Source of the DNA: an uncultured Solirubrobacterales bacterium
Lineage (GTDB): Bacteria; Actinomycetota; Thermoleophilia; Solirubrobacterales; Solirubrobacteraceae
Assembly: GCA_963752905.1 (NCBI GenBank)
Contig: CAVWAC010000003.1
Span: forward strand, 324,572-388,571
Length of the DNA stretch: 64,000 bases
Reading direction: 5' to 3'
The first letter of the stretch is position 1. Every line of letters begins with the position of its first letter. Below, piece after piece: positions 48,180 to 60,591 of this stretch. The translations under genes were made by a program, and so were the position numbers. The notes beneath the pieces are model-generated. The model made no database searches, had not been told where the DNA came from, and was given only the letters and a program-made list of their open reading frames with translations.

Positions 48180-49100
48180 CTAGCCGCCGTCGCGACCGCG
48201 TTGTCCACGGCCCTGGGCTGGCGCTGGGGTGAAGCTGGCCGAGATCGCCGCGAGCGCGTCGAGGACGTCCGGGATGAGGGCGTGCCGCCCGCCCGGTGGG
48301 AGCAGCGCGTAGACGTCTCGCGCGAGGTCTGACTCGGCGATCGGCCTCAGGGCGAGGTCGCGAAACGGGTCCGCGAGCAGTTCGGGGACGAGCGTGACGG
48401 CGAGCCCTCGCCGGACAAGCGCGCTGATCGCGAGCTGATCGTGCGTGATCGAGACGACATTGGGCTCGAAGCCCGCGTTGCGACAGGCCCGGACGATCAT
48501 GCCATCGGTCAGCGCGACGCTCCAGTCATCCTGGCTCAGCTCGGCCAAGCGGACCGCGCGCCGTCGCGCGAGCCGATGGTCAGGGGGAAGCGCGACCAAG
48601 AACCGTTCGCGCAGCAGGAGCTGGGCCCCGGGGGCGTCGGGGACGATGCCCGTCTCTTCGAAGACGATGGCGATGTCGAGCGCACCGGTGCTCAATTTGG
48701 CCGACAGCTCCACGGAGGTCCCCTCGTCGAAGGTGACGCGAAGGTCGGGATGGGCTTGGCGGAGGCGATGGACCGCTCTGGGCACGAGACTGGCCAGCGC
48801 GGTGGGAAAGGCCCCGATCCGCAGCCGCGCGCGACGGCCCTGGGCGGCAGCGGCAATCTGCATCCGCGCGAGCTCGAGTCGCCCCGCGATCACGTCGGCG
48901 TGCTCGAGCACGATCCCGCCCTCGGCGGTGAGCTCGAGACCGCCCGGACCGCGCGACAACAGGCGAACACCGAGCTCGCGCTCGAACTGGGCGACCTGGT
49001 TGGAGACCGCCGGCTGCGACAGCGAGAGGTCGCGGGCGGCGTGCGAGAACGAACGCCGGTGCGCGACCGCGCGAAACGTGAGCATCCGCCGCGGGTCCAT
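48180..49100 (-). CDS. LysR family transcriptional regulator
   Basis: SFSHAARDLSLSQPAVSNQVAQFERELG…LLSR, LTAEG. Confidence 0.93.
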   Translation of the reverse strand: MDPRRMLTFRAVAHRRSFSHAARDLSLSQPAVSNQVAQFERELGVRLLSRGPGGLELTAEGGIVLEHADVIAGRLELARMQIAAAAQGRRARLRIGAFPTALASLVPRAVHRLRQAHPDLRVTFDEGTSVELSAKLSTGALDIAIVFEETGIVPDAPGAQLLLRERFLVALPPDHRLARRRAVRLAELSQDDWSVALTDGMIVRACRNAGFEPNVVSITHDQLAISALVRRGLAVTLVPELLADPFRDLALRPIAESDLARDVYALLPPGGRHALIPDVLDALAAISASFTPAPAQGRGQRGRDGG

Positions 49101-49242
49101 AGCCCCAGCTTATCGACATGAATGAAATATGATTTGCGATTATCCCAGCGGAAAGTCACACTGGCGTCACGGATAAGGCCCAAAAGTAGGCGGATTGCTG
49201 ATTGCAGGCGGGCCTTCTTACGTCAGGCTCATCGCAGAGGTC

Positions 49243-49692
49243 ATGTTCAGCTCGCCGCAAGCACACAGCAGTGGATTGGCACGGATCGACGCGCAGTGGG
49301 ACTTCCGCCACGCCCGCCGCGCCTACCTCGTGGGCCGGCTGGGCGGCTGGGTACGCCGGTGCAGGTCCTGCCGGCGCCCCCGAACGCTCGCGCCGCCGGC
49401 CGCCTTGGCCGCCGGGCCCCGCAGGCTCGAGGCCGTGCCGCTGCGCAGCATCGTCGGCACGCTCGAGCCGACCGAAAGCTTCGACGCGCAGTTTCGTCCC
49501 GCATCGGAGATCGTGCGGTGGCGCTGGGAGCGGATCGCGCTCGCGCACCGACGAGGCGATTCCTTGCCGCCAGTCATCCTGCGCCGTCAACCAGACGGCT
49601 ACTACATCGTCGACGGGCGCCACCGCGTATCGGTCGCGCGCACGCTGCACCACCGCGACATAGACGCCTGGGTCACCGGTCCCGAAGCCTGA
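49243..49692 (+). CDS. Small ParB/Srx-fold domain protein
   Basis: VPLRSIVGT, FDAQFRP, RWERIALA, LPPVIL, YIVDGRHRVSVAR; AGAGG SD. Confidence 0.75.
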   Translation: MFSSPQAHSSGLARIDAQWDFRHARRAYLVGRLGGWVRRCRSCRRPRTLAPPAALAAGPRRLEAVPLRSIVGTLEPTESFDAQFRPASEIVRWRWERIALAHRRGDSLPPVILRRQPDGYYIVDGRHRVSVARTLHHRDIDAWVTGPEA

Positions 49693-50914
49693 GCGCGACG
49701 GCCCGGAATGCGCCAACCGGGGCTAACCGATCCAGCAGCGAGGCAACACCGCCGAATCGCGGATGGGTCAGCGTTCCTGACGAGCCGCACGGGCCGACCG
49801 CCCCGGACAGGCTCCAACGCAAGAAGAAGCTCGAAGAGGCCGCGGCGGCGCTCGGCCCGCGCGAGTCCCCGTACCGGGAGACAGACGGATCGCTCGATCC
49901 GCCGGACCAAGCGTGGCCCATCCCGTGGACCGTCCAAAACTGCGCCACGGCGCATCCCTGCCCATCCGGGTAGGACACAACCGTATACGTTCGTCCGCGA
50001 GGCACGACGCCCCTCCTCACCGCGGCTCGCCTCCCCAAGATGGGGGCGCGGTGTTCTCGCTCGAGAACAAGGTTGTCCGTGTCGAGCCACTGATGGAGCG
50101 CTTGCTCGCCGCAGTGGTAGGGAACCACCTCGTCTTGATCGCCATGGAACACGATGACCGGCATCACGCGGGCGTGCGCCGCCATCGCGCCCAGGGCGGC
50201 GCGCGCCAGCGTCGCCGTAGTGCTCGGCGACACGCCTTCCGCCAGGCACCCCAGCTCGACTCGCGTGTACGCGGCGCCGGAGTGGATGCCGATCGCCGCG
50301 TAAACGTCGGGGTAGCTCGCGCCGAGAATCGAGCTCTCGAATCCGCCGGCGGAGATCCCAATGACGTAGACGCGCCCGGGATCGATCCTCCATGTCCCGA
50401 CCACCGCCCTCGTCATCGCGGCAATCGCCCCGGCGTCGCCTCGACCCTGCCCCTCCGCACCGGGATCCCAGATTCCCTTCCAACACCCCCCGTGAGCGAG
50501 GTCAGCCGCGTCAACGTCCGGGTACAACACGATAAATCCACGCTGCTCGGCGACCTGGGCATAGCCGCTCGCAACAGCCTGCTGACTCGCGGTCGTGCTG
50601 CATCCATGGAGCACGACCACCAGGGGCACATTCGCAGCACCGCGATAGCTGGCCGGCACGAACACCAGGTACTGATACGAGTCGCCACCCACTTCGAGCC
50701 GCGCGTAGTGATACCCGCCGTAGCGGGCCCGACCCTGGCCCACCACAACTACCGCCGTCGCCGCAGCCAGCGCCAGCCCGCACAGCACCAGCATGACCTG
50801 GACTGGCCTGCGTCGTAGCAGCTCCGGGGTGATGCGACCGGTGTGCACGTTCGAACCGCCGAACCGTACCCCGCCGCGTCGATTCGGTTCGGTGTCCGGG
50901 GACGCGCTCCTCAC
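49673..50914 (-). CDS. Secreted PHB depolymerase family esterase (LpqC-like); start uncertain
   Basis: VVVLHGC, FIVLYPD, GISAGG, HGDQD, GMGHAWSGG. Confidence 0.85.
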   Translation of the reverse strand: MRSASPDTEPNRRGGVRFGGSNVHTGRITPELLRRRPVQVMLVLCGLALAAATAVVVVGQGRARYGGYHYARLEVGGDSYQYLVFVPASYRGAANVPLVVVLHGCSTTASQQAVASGYAQVAEQRGFIVLYPDVDAADLAHGGCWKGIWDPGAEGQGRGDAGAIAAMTRAVVGTWRIDPGRVYVIGISAGGFESSILGASYPDVYAAIGIHSGAAYTRVELGCLAEGVSPSTTATLARAALGAMAAHARVMPVIVFHGDQDEVVPYHCGEQALHQWLDTDNLVLEREHRAPILGRRAAVRRGVVPRGRTYTVVSYPDGQGCAVAQFWTVHGMGHAWSGGSSDPSVSRYGDSRGPSAAAASSSFFLRWSLSGAVGPCGSSGTLTHPRFGGVASLLDRLAPVGAFRAVALRLRDR

Positions 50915-50956
50915 GGTCGACGGTGCGAGCGGCAGGCGGCTTTTCGCCGATAAGTC

Positions 50957-51994
50957 TCAGCTGTCGCGTCCGGTCAGCGAACGGCTGCGCTGGTCGACGC
51001 CCGGACCCCCGTAGGGATAGTCGGACGGCGCCGGATCGCTGATCACGTCGAGCCGCTCGGTCTCCTCTCGGCTGAGGTGCAGGCCGGCCGCCCCGAGGTT
51101 GTCCGTGAGTTGCTCCACGGTCCGCGCGCCGAGGATGACCGACGTCATCATCGGCCGGTCCGTGAGCCAGGCCAGAGCGACCTGCGCCATCGAAACGCCG
51201 CGTCCCTCGGCGACCGACTGCACTGCGTCGATGACGTCCCACGTGCGCTGCTGCGTGCTGCGCCGGTCATAGGCCTCGACGCCGCGCTCGGGGTTCTCAC
51301 CCAGACGAGTGGGCCCGCTCGGGCGCTCGGACTTCGTGTATTTGCCGGTGAGCCAGCCGCCGCCGAGCGGCGACCAGGGCAGCAGTCCCAGACCCGTCGA
51401 CTCGCACGCCGGCACGATCTCCCACTCGATCTCACGGACGAGCAGGTTGTACTGCGGCTGCAGCGTGACCGGGCGCGCGAGCCCGCGGAACTCGGCGAGG
51501 TCGACGATCTTCTGGATCTGCCAGCCGGTGTAGTTCGACAGACCGACATAGCCGACCTTGCCCGAGCGCACAGCGTCGTCGAGAAACTGCAGTGTCTCGA
51601 TGAGCGGCGTGTGGGGATCGAACGCGTGCACCTGGTAGAGGTCGATGTGGTCCACCCCCAGGCGCGTGAGCGACGCGTCCAGGGCCGCGCGCAAGTGCCG
51701 GCGCGAGAGCCCCAGGTCGTTCGTGCCCGGCCCCATCGGAAATCGGCCCTTGGTCGCCAGCACGACCTGACTGCGGATCTCCGGCGGCTGCTTGGCCAAC
51801 CAGCGCCCGATGATCTCCTCCGAGACGCCACCGCTGTAGACATCGGCGGTGTCGATCAGGGTTCCGCCCGCCTCGACGAACACGTCGAGCTGCTCATGCG
51901 ACACGCGCTCGTCGCTCTCGGTCCCGAACGTCATCGTGCCGAGCGCCATGCTCGAGACCACGCAGCCGCTCTGTCCCAGTGTCCGGTACTCCAT
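50957..51994 (-). CDS. Aldo/keto reductase
   Basis: MEYRTLG, LGTMTFG, IDTADVYS, LATK, IDLYQVH, PWSPLGGG. Confidence 0.95.
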   Translation of the reverse strand: MEYRTLGQSGCVVSSMALGTMTFGTESDERVSHEQLDVFVEAGGTLIDTADVYSGGVSEEIIGRWLAKQPPEIRSQVVLATKGRFPMGPGTNDLGLSRRHLRAALDASLTRLGVDHIDLYQVHAFDPHTPLIETLQFLDDAVRSGKVGYVGLSNYTGWQIQKIVDLAEFRGLARPVTLQPQYNLLVREIEWEIVPACESTGLGLLPWSPLGGGWLTGKYTKSERPSGPTRLGENPERGVEAYDRRSTQQRTWDVIDAVQSVAEGRGVSMAQVALAWLTDRPMMTSVILGARTVEQLTDNLGAAGLHLSREETERLDVISDPAPSDYPYGGPGVDQRSRSLTGRDS

Positions 51995-52126
51995 CCCACA
52001 CCTCGCTCTCGGTCGTTGCAGGCGTCCTACCCGCCGGGGCCCCGGTTCACGACCTGATCAGCCCCCAGTAGGCAGCCGCCCTGCGACCAGCTGGTGAGGG
52101 TCTGGTCGCCCACGCGCTCGACCTGA

Positions 52127-53542
<1,416 letters not shown>

Positions 53543-53645
53543 CCCGTTTTCGACGACACCTGGACCGTCGCGGCCGAGTACGGCGACTTACCGTCGGTCA
53601 ATTGGAGCCTGGCCATCCGAGGCTGCTCTTTATGCCAGCGATGCT

Positions 53646-54020
53646 TCAGGCGGCATTGTCCTGGACTAGCTCGTAGACGAACCCGTCGGGAGCGCGGAAG
53701 TGCATCCACGATCGCGTCCCGCCGCCCTGAACCGGCAGCACGATTTCCGCGCCAGCCGCGAGCAGGTCAGCGACCGCCTGCTCGAGATCGTCTACCCGGA
53801 ATCCGGCCACGGGGTGGGTGAGATGCGCGTTGTACTGGCTTTTCGGTCCGAACACCTCGACCGTCGCGCCGCCGGGAACGTCCAGCACGGCGAAGTCGGT
53901 CTCCGACGAGCGCACACCGAGCCCCAGCACGTCCTTGAAGAACGCAACGGTGGCCGCGTACTCGGTCGTCCGCGTCCCCACCCACGTCAGCGAAAGCACT
54001 CGCACGACTACCCTCCCCAT
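53646..54020 (-). CDS. VOC (glyoxalase/bleomycin resistance) family protein
   Basis: FFKDVLGL, FRVDDLE, HFRAPDGFVYEL. Confidence 0.85.
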   Translation of the reverse strand: MGRVVVRVLSLTWVGTRTTEYAATVAFFKDVLGLGVRSSETDFAVLDVPGGATVEVFGPKSQYNAHLTHPVAGFRVDDLEQAVADLLAAGAEIVLPVQGGGTRSWMHFRAPDGFVYELVQDNAA

Positions 54021-54613
54021 CGTCGTTCATCGGCCGACGCACTTCGCGTGTCCTCCGCCAGGATCGACTGCACCGGGGAGGCGACGGCGGCCGCGTCCAC
54101 CGCGTCGGTCGTGTCGACCTCGAGAAGCGATCCAAGTCCAGTGGCAGTGAGATGGTGCTCGTTCCAGAGCTCTTCGAGCGGGCGTTCAGAGTCGAAGTAG
54201 CCCGCGCTACGAGTTCCCGTCCTGGCTCGGTAACGGGCCTCGACGACGTCACGCGGGCAGACGCAGCGGATCTCGATCAGTTGTCCCGGCAGAGCTCGCA
54301 GGTGAGGCAGTGTGTATGGGTAGAAGGTGCTGTCCAGCACAGCACCCGGACTGGTCCTGGCCACGGTCAGCATCGCCATCACCGCCGCACGCCCCAGTTC
54401 GCGGCTCTGCTCGACCGTAACGGGCACGCCGAGCACATCAATGAGCGCGTCCTTGATCGCGTCTTTGGCCAATAGGGGAAGAGACAGCTCTCTCGCCAGC
54501 GGCCGCGCGAGGGTGCTCTTCCCCGATCCGGGAGGTCCAGCCACCAGCACGAAGACTGAGGTTCTCCGTCGGCGTGACCCGGGCGCGTCGCCAGATCCGA
54601 GACCGTCCGCCAC
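54008..54613 (-). CDS. AAA_33-like P-loop kinase/ATPase
   Basis: AGPPGSGKST, LPLLAKDAIKD, ARYRAR lid. Confidence 0.8.
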   Translation of the reverse strand: MADGLGSGDAPGSRRRRTSVFVLVAGPPGSGKSTLARPLARELSLPLLAKDAIKDALIDVLGVPVTVEQSRELGRAAVMAMLTVARTSPGAVLDSTFYPYTLPHLRALPGQLIEIRCVCPRDVVEARYRARTGTRSAGYFDSERPLEELWNEHHLTATGLGSLLEVDTTDAVDAAAVASPVQSILAEDTRSASADERRWGG

Positions 54614-54661
54614 TCCCGTCAGGTCATCCGGGAAGTGCGATTCGGTGAATCATTTTCGGTT

Positions 54662-55555
54662 CTAGCCCTTGACGGCGCCCGCGGTGAGACCGGCCACGAT
54701 GCGCTTCTGGAACAGCAGCACGAGCAGGATCAGCGGCACCGAGATGACCACCGAAGCGGCCGCGATGCTCCCGTACGGGACCTGATGCTCGGTCGCCCCG
54801 GTGAAGAACGAGATCTCGGCCGGAACGGTCCGGGCCGCGGTGGTCGCGGTCAGCGTGACGGCGAGCAGGAACTCGTTCCACGCGGCGATGAACGTCAGGA
54901 TCCCCGCGGTGGCCAGGCCGGGAGCGGCGAGCGGCACCACGACCTTGCGGAACGCCTGGAAGCGCGTGGCCCCGTCCACGAGCGCCGCCTCCTCGAGATC
55001 CTTGGGGATCTCACGGAAGAACGACACGAGGATGAAGATGGCGAGCGGGAGCGCGAAGGTCAGGTACGGGATGATCAGGCCGATGTAGGTGTCGAAGATC
55101 CCAATGTCCGACCACAGCTTGAACAGTGGCGCCGCGATCGCGATCTGCGGGAAGGTCGTGATCGAGAGAACGATGCCCAGGATGATGGCCTTGCCGCGGA
55201 GTTTGAGGCGGGCGAGAGCGTAGGCGCAGAACGAGCCGACGATGAGCGCCAGTGCCGTGGTGATGAGCGCCACGATGGCGCTGTTGCGTAGCGAAGCGAC
55301 GAAGTCGGGGTTTTTGAAGATCGCGCTGTAGTTGGTCAGCGTCGGGTGGTGCGGGACGATGCTCGACCCGTTGAGGTCGCTGCCCGCTTTGAGCGACATG
55401 TTGATCAGCCAGTAGAACGGAAACAGGCAGAACAACACGATCGCCGCCACTGCGAGCCACATGTACCACGGGGTGCGGTCCTTTTTCGGCTTCCTGGCCG
55501 TCCGGGCGCGAGCGCGCGGTACCGCTTCGGCGGAGGTAGCGGTTGATGCTTCCAT
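54662..55555 (-). CDS. Carbohydrate ABC transporter permease
   Basis: IPKDLEEAALVDGA (EAA motif), AWNEFL. Confidence 0.95.
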   Translation of the reverse strand: MEASTATSAEAVPRARARTARKPKKDRTPWYMWLAVAAIVLFCLFPFYWLINMSLKAGSDLNGSSIVPHHPTLTNYSAIFKNPDFVASLRNSAIVALITTALALIVGSFCAYALARLKLRGKAIILGIVLSITTFPQIAIAAPLFKLWSDIGIFDTYIGLIIPYLTFALPLAIFILVSFFREIPKDLEEAALVDGATRFQAFRKVVVPLAAPGLATAGILTFIAAWNEFLLAVTLTATTAARTVPAEISFFTGATEHQVPYGSIAAASVVISVPLILLVLLFQKRIVAGLTAGAVKG

Positions 55556-55569
55556 TTATCTCATCCTCC

Positions 55570-56490
55570 CTATTCCGCCGTCATTCCACGGATGTTGCCG
55601 CCAACGAACCGGATGTAGCCGAACGACACCAGCATCACGATGATGAAGGCGAGGATCGCCATCGCCGCTCCCTGGCCGTAGAGCCGATTGGTGGCGAAGG
55701 TCTGCTGCGCGATCGTCGACAGCGTCGACGTGCCCACCGTGCCCTGAGTGAGCACATAGGGCAGATCGAAGATCCGCAACGCGTCAAGCGTGCGGAAGAT
55801 GAGCGCCACCAGGATGGCCGGCTTGAGCAGCGGGAGCGTGATTCGCACGAAGCGCTGCCAGGCCGTGGCCCCGTCGACCTTGGCCGCCTCATAGATGTCG
55901 TCCGGGATCACCTGCAGGCCCGCCAGCAGCAGAAGCGCGATGAACGGCGAGGTCTTCCAGACGTCGGCCAGGATGATAATGATCAGTGCGTACGGCTCCT
56001 GTCCAAGCCACACCGTGTGAGTGCCCAGGAGCGTGTTGATGAAGCCGTAGGGCGACACGAACATCGTTCGCCACATCACCGCCGTGACGACCGTGAGTAC
56101 CGCCCACGGCACGAGGACGACCGTGCGCAGAAGGCCCTGACCCCGGAAGGCGCGGTGCATGGCCAGGGCCATCGCCAGGCCGATGATCGTCTCGAGCGTC
56201 ACGGAGATGACCGTGAAGATGATGGTGTGGTACAGCGCCGAGCGCCAGTCGGGATCCGACACAGCACTCGTGTAGTTGTCAAAGCCCACCCACCGCGACA
56301 GCCCGGCGACACGCACGCTGTACTGGTGCAGTGACAACCAAATCGCGTAGATGATCGGCCACGCCGCCACGATCGCGATGAGGATCATCGAGGGCGAGAC
56401 CATGAGCACGGCCAGTCGCTTCTCGGAAAGGCTCCTGGAGCGCCGGCGCGTGGGCGCCGGCGCTCCAACGTGATTCGCCACAGTGGCCAT
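55570..56490 (-). CDS. Sugar ABC transporter permease
   Basis: DVWKTSPF, IYEAAKVDGA, FDLPYVLT. Confidence 0.95.
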   Translation of the reverse strand: MATVANHVGAPAPTRRRSRSLSEKRLAVLMVSPSMILIAIVAAWPIIYAIWLSLHQYSVRVAGLSRWVGFDNYTSAVSDPDWRSALYHTIIFTVISVTLETIIGLAMALAMHRAFRGQGLLRTVVLVPWAVLTVVTAVMWRTMFVSPYGFINTLLGTHTVWLGQEPYALIIIILADVWKTSPFIALLLLAGLQVIPDDIYEAAKVDGATAWQRFVRITLPLLKPAILVALIFRTLDALRIFDLPYVLTQGTVGTSTLSTIAQQTFATNRLYGQGAAMAILAFIIVMLVSFGYIRFVGGNIRGMTAE

Positions 56491-56495
56491 GATCG

Positions 56496-57791
56496 TTAGA
56501 ACGTCGCGAGGGCCGAGTTGATCTGCGAGTCCGCCTTCTGGAGAGCTGCCTGGGGGCTCACGCGACCAGCCAGGGCATCGTTGACGTTCGTGTAGATGGC
56601 CTCCGAGATCTGCGGGTAGACCGGCGAGACCGGGCGGGCGTGCGCCTGAGAGAGCGCCTGCAGGAGCTGCGACGAGTACGGGACCGCCTTCATGACATCC
56701 GCGTCGTGGTAGACCGACGGGATGACGGCCGCGAGCGAGAACTTGAGGATCTGCGCCTTCTGCATCGCCGGGGAGGCGAAGAAGTCGGCAAACTTGAGCG
56801 CGAGGCCCGGATCCTTCGAGTACACGCTGATGACGCTGTTATGACCGCCGAGGATGCTCGCCTTACCTGCGCCGGCGAAGGTCGGCAGCGGGGCGGCCTC
56901 GATCTTGCCCTTCAGCGCACCCGTGCTGTCGGCCGCGTATGCGTAGGTCCAGTTGCGCATGTAGCCGTACTTGCCCGTGGTGAACGCCTGGTCGGTCTCC
57001 GGCTCCATGTACGTCGTCACGGCCTGCGGGGCCGACCCCTCCTTGATGCCGCTGACCATGAGCTCGAGCGCCTTGACGTTCTGCGGCGAGTTGATCGCCG
57101 ACTTCTTGCCGTCGGCCGAGAGCACCTGACCGCCCGCCGCGAAGGCGAGCTCGAGGAAGTCACACGTGAGTCCCTCGTACGGTGCCCCCTGGTAGACGAT
57201 GCCGCCCGTCTTCTTCGCATCGGCGTAGACCTGCTGCCAGGTCGACGGCACGGCCTCACCCTTCTTGTAGTAGATGAAGGCCGCGTCGCTCGTCTGGGGA
57301 ACGCCCCAGTACTTGCCGCCGTAGTGAACGGTCTCGAGCGGCGCCGCGATGAACTTCGACGCGTTCGCCGTCACGTACGGGGTGAGGTCGTAGAGCCACT
57401 TCTGGCTGGAGAACTCCGCCGTCCAGATCACGTCGGACGAGAACACGTCGCAGGAGCTCGAGTGGGCCTGCTGGCGCTGAATGAACTGCGCCCGCTGCTG
57501 GTCAGCCGAGGCCGGGAACTCCACCAACTGGGCGTGGTAGCCCTGGGCGCCGTACTTGGCGTTGAACTGGGCGACGACGTAGTGGGCGGCGCCCGTGGTG
57601 TCCTTCCCGGTGCAGTACGTGATCGTGCCCTTGGGCGGGTTGTCCGCGGCACTCGCGGGAAGAACCTTCGCGCCCGAGACGCTCGAGTTGGCGCCCGAGC
57701 CACCCCCGCTGCCACTGCTATTGCTGCTGCCGCAGGCAGCTACGAACAATGCACAAACGGCGAGAACGACAGGCGCAAGCTTGGTGCGCAT
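56496..57791 (-). CDS. Sugar ABC transporter substrate-binding lipoprotein (trehalose/maltose-type, LpqY/ThuE-like)
   Basis: Lipobox VAAC; DVIWTAEF, YEGLTC, MRNWTY, LGGHN, RPVSPVY. Confidence 0.88.
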   Translation of the reverse strand: MRTKLAPVVLAVCALFVAACGSSNSSGSGGGSGANSSVSGAKVLPASAADNPPKGTITYCTGKDTTGAAHYVVAQFNAKYGAQGYHAQLVEFPASADQQRAQFIQRQQAHSSSCDVFSSDVIWTAEFSSQKWLYDLTPYVTANASKFIAAPLETVHYGGKYWGVPQTSDAAFIYYKKGEAVPSTWQQVYADAKKTGGIVYQGAPYEGLTCDFLELAFAAGGQVLSADGKKSAINSPQNVKALELMVSGIKEGSAPQAVTTYMEPETDQAFTTGKYGYMRNWTYAYAADSTGALKGKIEAAPLPTFAGAGKASILGGHNSVISVYSKDPGLALKFADFFASPAMQKAQILKFSLAAVIPSVYHDADVMKAVPYSSQLLQALSQAHARPVSPVYPQISEAIYTNVNDALAGRVSPQAALQKADSQINSALATF

Positions 57792-57936
57792 ACAACCTCT
57801 CCTCTCCCGAAGGAACAAGCGCCAATGACGCTTGAGTGGGGCACTTTTCGGGAATACGTATACCCCGATGTCAGATGTCCAACCAGCGGTCCGTTAGGGC
57901 TTGGTGTCCTTCGTCAGGCGCCGGCCCGATTGGCGT

Positions 57937-57950
57937 CGAAAGCGATTCCA
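57937..57950. promoter_or_regulatory. Possible LacI-family operator
   Basis: CGAAAGCGATTCCA resembles TGWAANCGNTNWCA with a central CG; lies between the divergent ABC genes. Confidence 0.4.
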
Positions 57951-58005
57951 GTCCTTGCCCCGCCGGTACATTTCTGCGCCGTCACGGTCCACCTGAGGAG
58001 GGGAA

Positions 58006-59187
<1,182 letters not shown>

Positions 59188-59274
59188 GGCCCGGACGCCC
59201 TGCCGCCTTCGTGGCGCGCCCTTCAGCTGGGCGCGCGCCACGGCTGGCGGTGCGCTCGAGGCCGGTGGGCCATC

Positions 59275-60591
59275 ATGACGCGGTCGCCGTCGAGGGTCCC
59301 CGCGCTCGCCCTGGAGCTCGTCCTCGCCGTCAACGCGGTCGTCTGCGCCGGGCTGTGGCTCCGGCATGGCCCGGGAGACGTGCACAATCTCGCCACGGGC
59401 CTCGTCGGGGCCGGGCGGCTGACCGGCCTGCTCGGGGCCTACCTGGCCCTGGTCCAGATCGTGCTCCTCTCGCGGCTGCCCGCGCTCGAGCGACTGGCGG
59501 GTCTGGACCGGCGGGTGGCCTGGCATCGTCCCGCCGCCGGCGCCTGTCTCGGCCTGCTCGGTGTCCACGCCGTCCTCATCACGGCCGGGTACGCGCTCGG
59601 CGATCGGCTCAGCGTGCCCGCCGAGGTGCGGCGCCTGATCACCGGCTACCCGGGAGTGATCACGGCCACCGCCGCGCTCGTCCTGCTCATCGCCGTGACG
59701 GCCGTCTCGGCCGGGCCGTTGCGACGCGCCCTGCGCTACGAGACGTGGCACTTCTCCCACCTCTACGTCTATCTGGCCATCGCCCTGGCCTTCAGCCACC
59801 AGATCGCCACAGGCAGCGACTTCGTTGGAGACCCGCTCGCCCGCGCCTACTGGACCGCGCTCTACCTCGTCACGGCGGCCATCGTGCTCGCGGGTCGCGT
59901 GGCCGCGCCGTTGCTGAGCGCGGCCCGCCATCGCCTGCACGTGCTCAGCGTGGTCGCTCAGGGCCCGGGCGTGACCTCGATCGAGATCGGCGGCCGGCGG
60001 CTGCACCACCTGCGCGCCCACTCGGGCCAGTTCTTCGCCTGGCGCTTCCTCACTCGCGACCGGTGGTGGGAGACGCATCCCTTCTCGCTGTCGGCCGCGC
60101 CCGACGGCCGTCGCCTGCGCATCACCGTCAAGGGCCTGGGCGACTTCAGCTCCCGGCTGGCCGCCGTGCCGGTCGGTACCCGAGTCATCGCCGAGGGGCC
60201 GTACGGCACGTTCACCGCGGCGGGCCGGCGCTGCACGCGCGTGGCTCTGATCGCCGGTGGCGCCGGGATCACGCCGATCCGAGCGCTGCTTGAGGACATG
60301 CCGGCGCAGGCCGGCGAGATCGCCGTCGTTTACCGCGCCGCCCGCGCCCAGGATCTCATCCTGCGCGAGGAGCTCGACGCGCTGGCGGCGTGCCGCGGCG
60401 CCGAGGTTCACTACCTGACCGGTCCGGACCGAACGCTCTCCGGCGCAGAGCTGCGAGTCCTCATCCCCGACATCGCCCAGCGCGACGTGTACGTCTGCGG
60501 CCCGCCCGAGATGACCCGGTCCACGCGGGCGACGCTGCGCGGTCTCGGCGTCCCCGCCCGGCACCTCAACGTGGAAAGGTTCACCTTGTGA
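59275..60591 (+). CDS. Ferric reductase-like transmembrane protein with FAD/NAD-binding domains
   Basis: TM His residues (WH…H, WH…H), HPFSLS, EGPYG, AGGAGITP, CGPP, ERF. Confidence 0.9.
   Translation: MTRSPSRVPALALELVLAVNAVVCAGLWLRHGPGDVHNLATGLVGAGRLTGLLGAYLALVQIVLLSRLPALERLAGLDRRVAWHRPAAGACLGLLGVHAVLITAGYALGDRLSVPAEVRRLITGYPGVITATAALVLLIAVTAVSAGPLRRALRYETWHFSHLYVYLAIALAFSHQIATGSDFVGDPLARAYWTALYLVTAAIVLAGRVAAPLLSAARHRLHVLSVVAQGPGVTSIEIGGRRLHHLRAHSGQFFAWRFLTRDRWWETHPFSLSAAPDGRRLRITVKGLGDFSSRLAAVPVGTRVIAEGPYGTFTAAGRRCTRVALIAGGAGITPIRALLEDMPAQAGEIAVVYRAARAQDLILREELDALAACRGAEVHYLTGPDRTLSGAELRVLIPDIAQRDVYVCGPPEMTRSTRATLRGLGVPARHLNVERFTL

Noticed and set aside
49243-49692. Plasmid or prophage partition system
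   Set aside because: No ParA, no DNA-binding HTH, and no replication or phage genes
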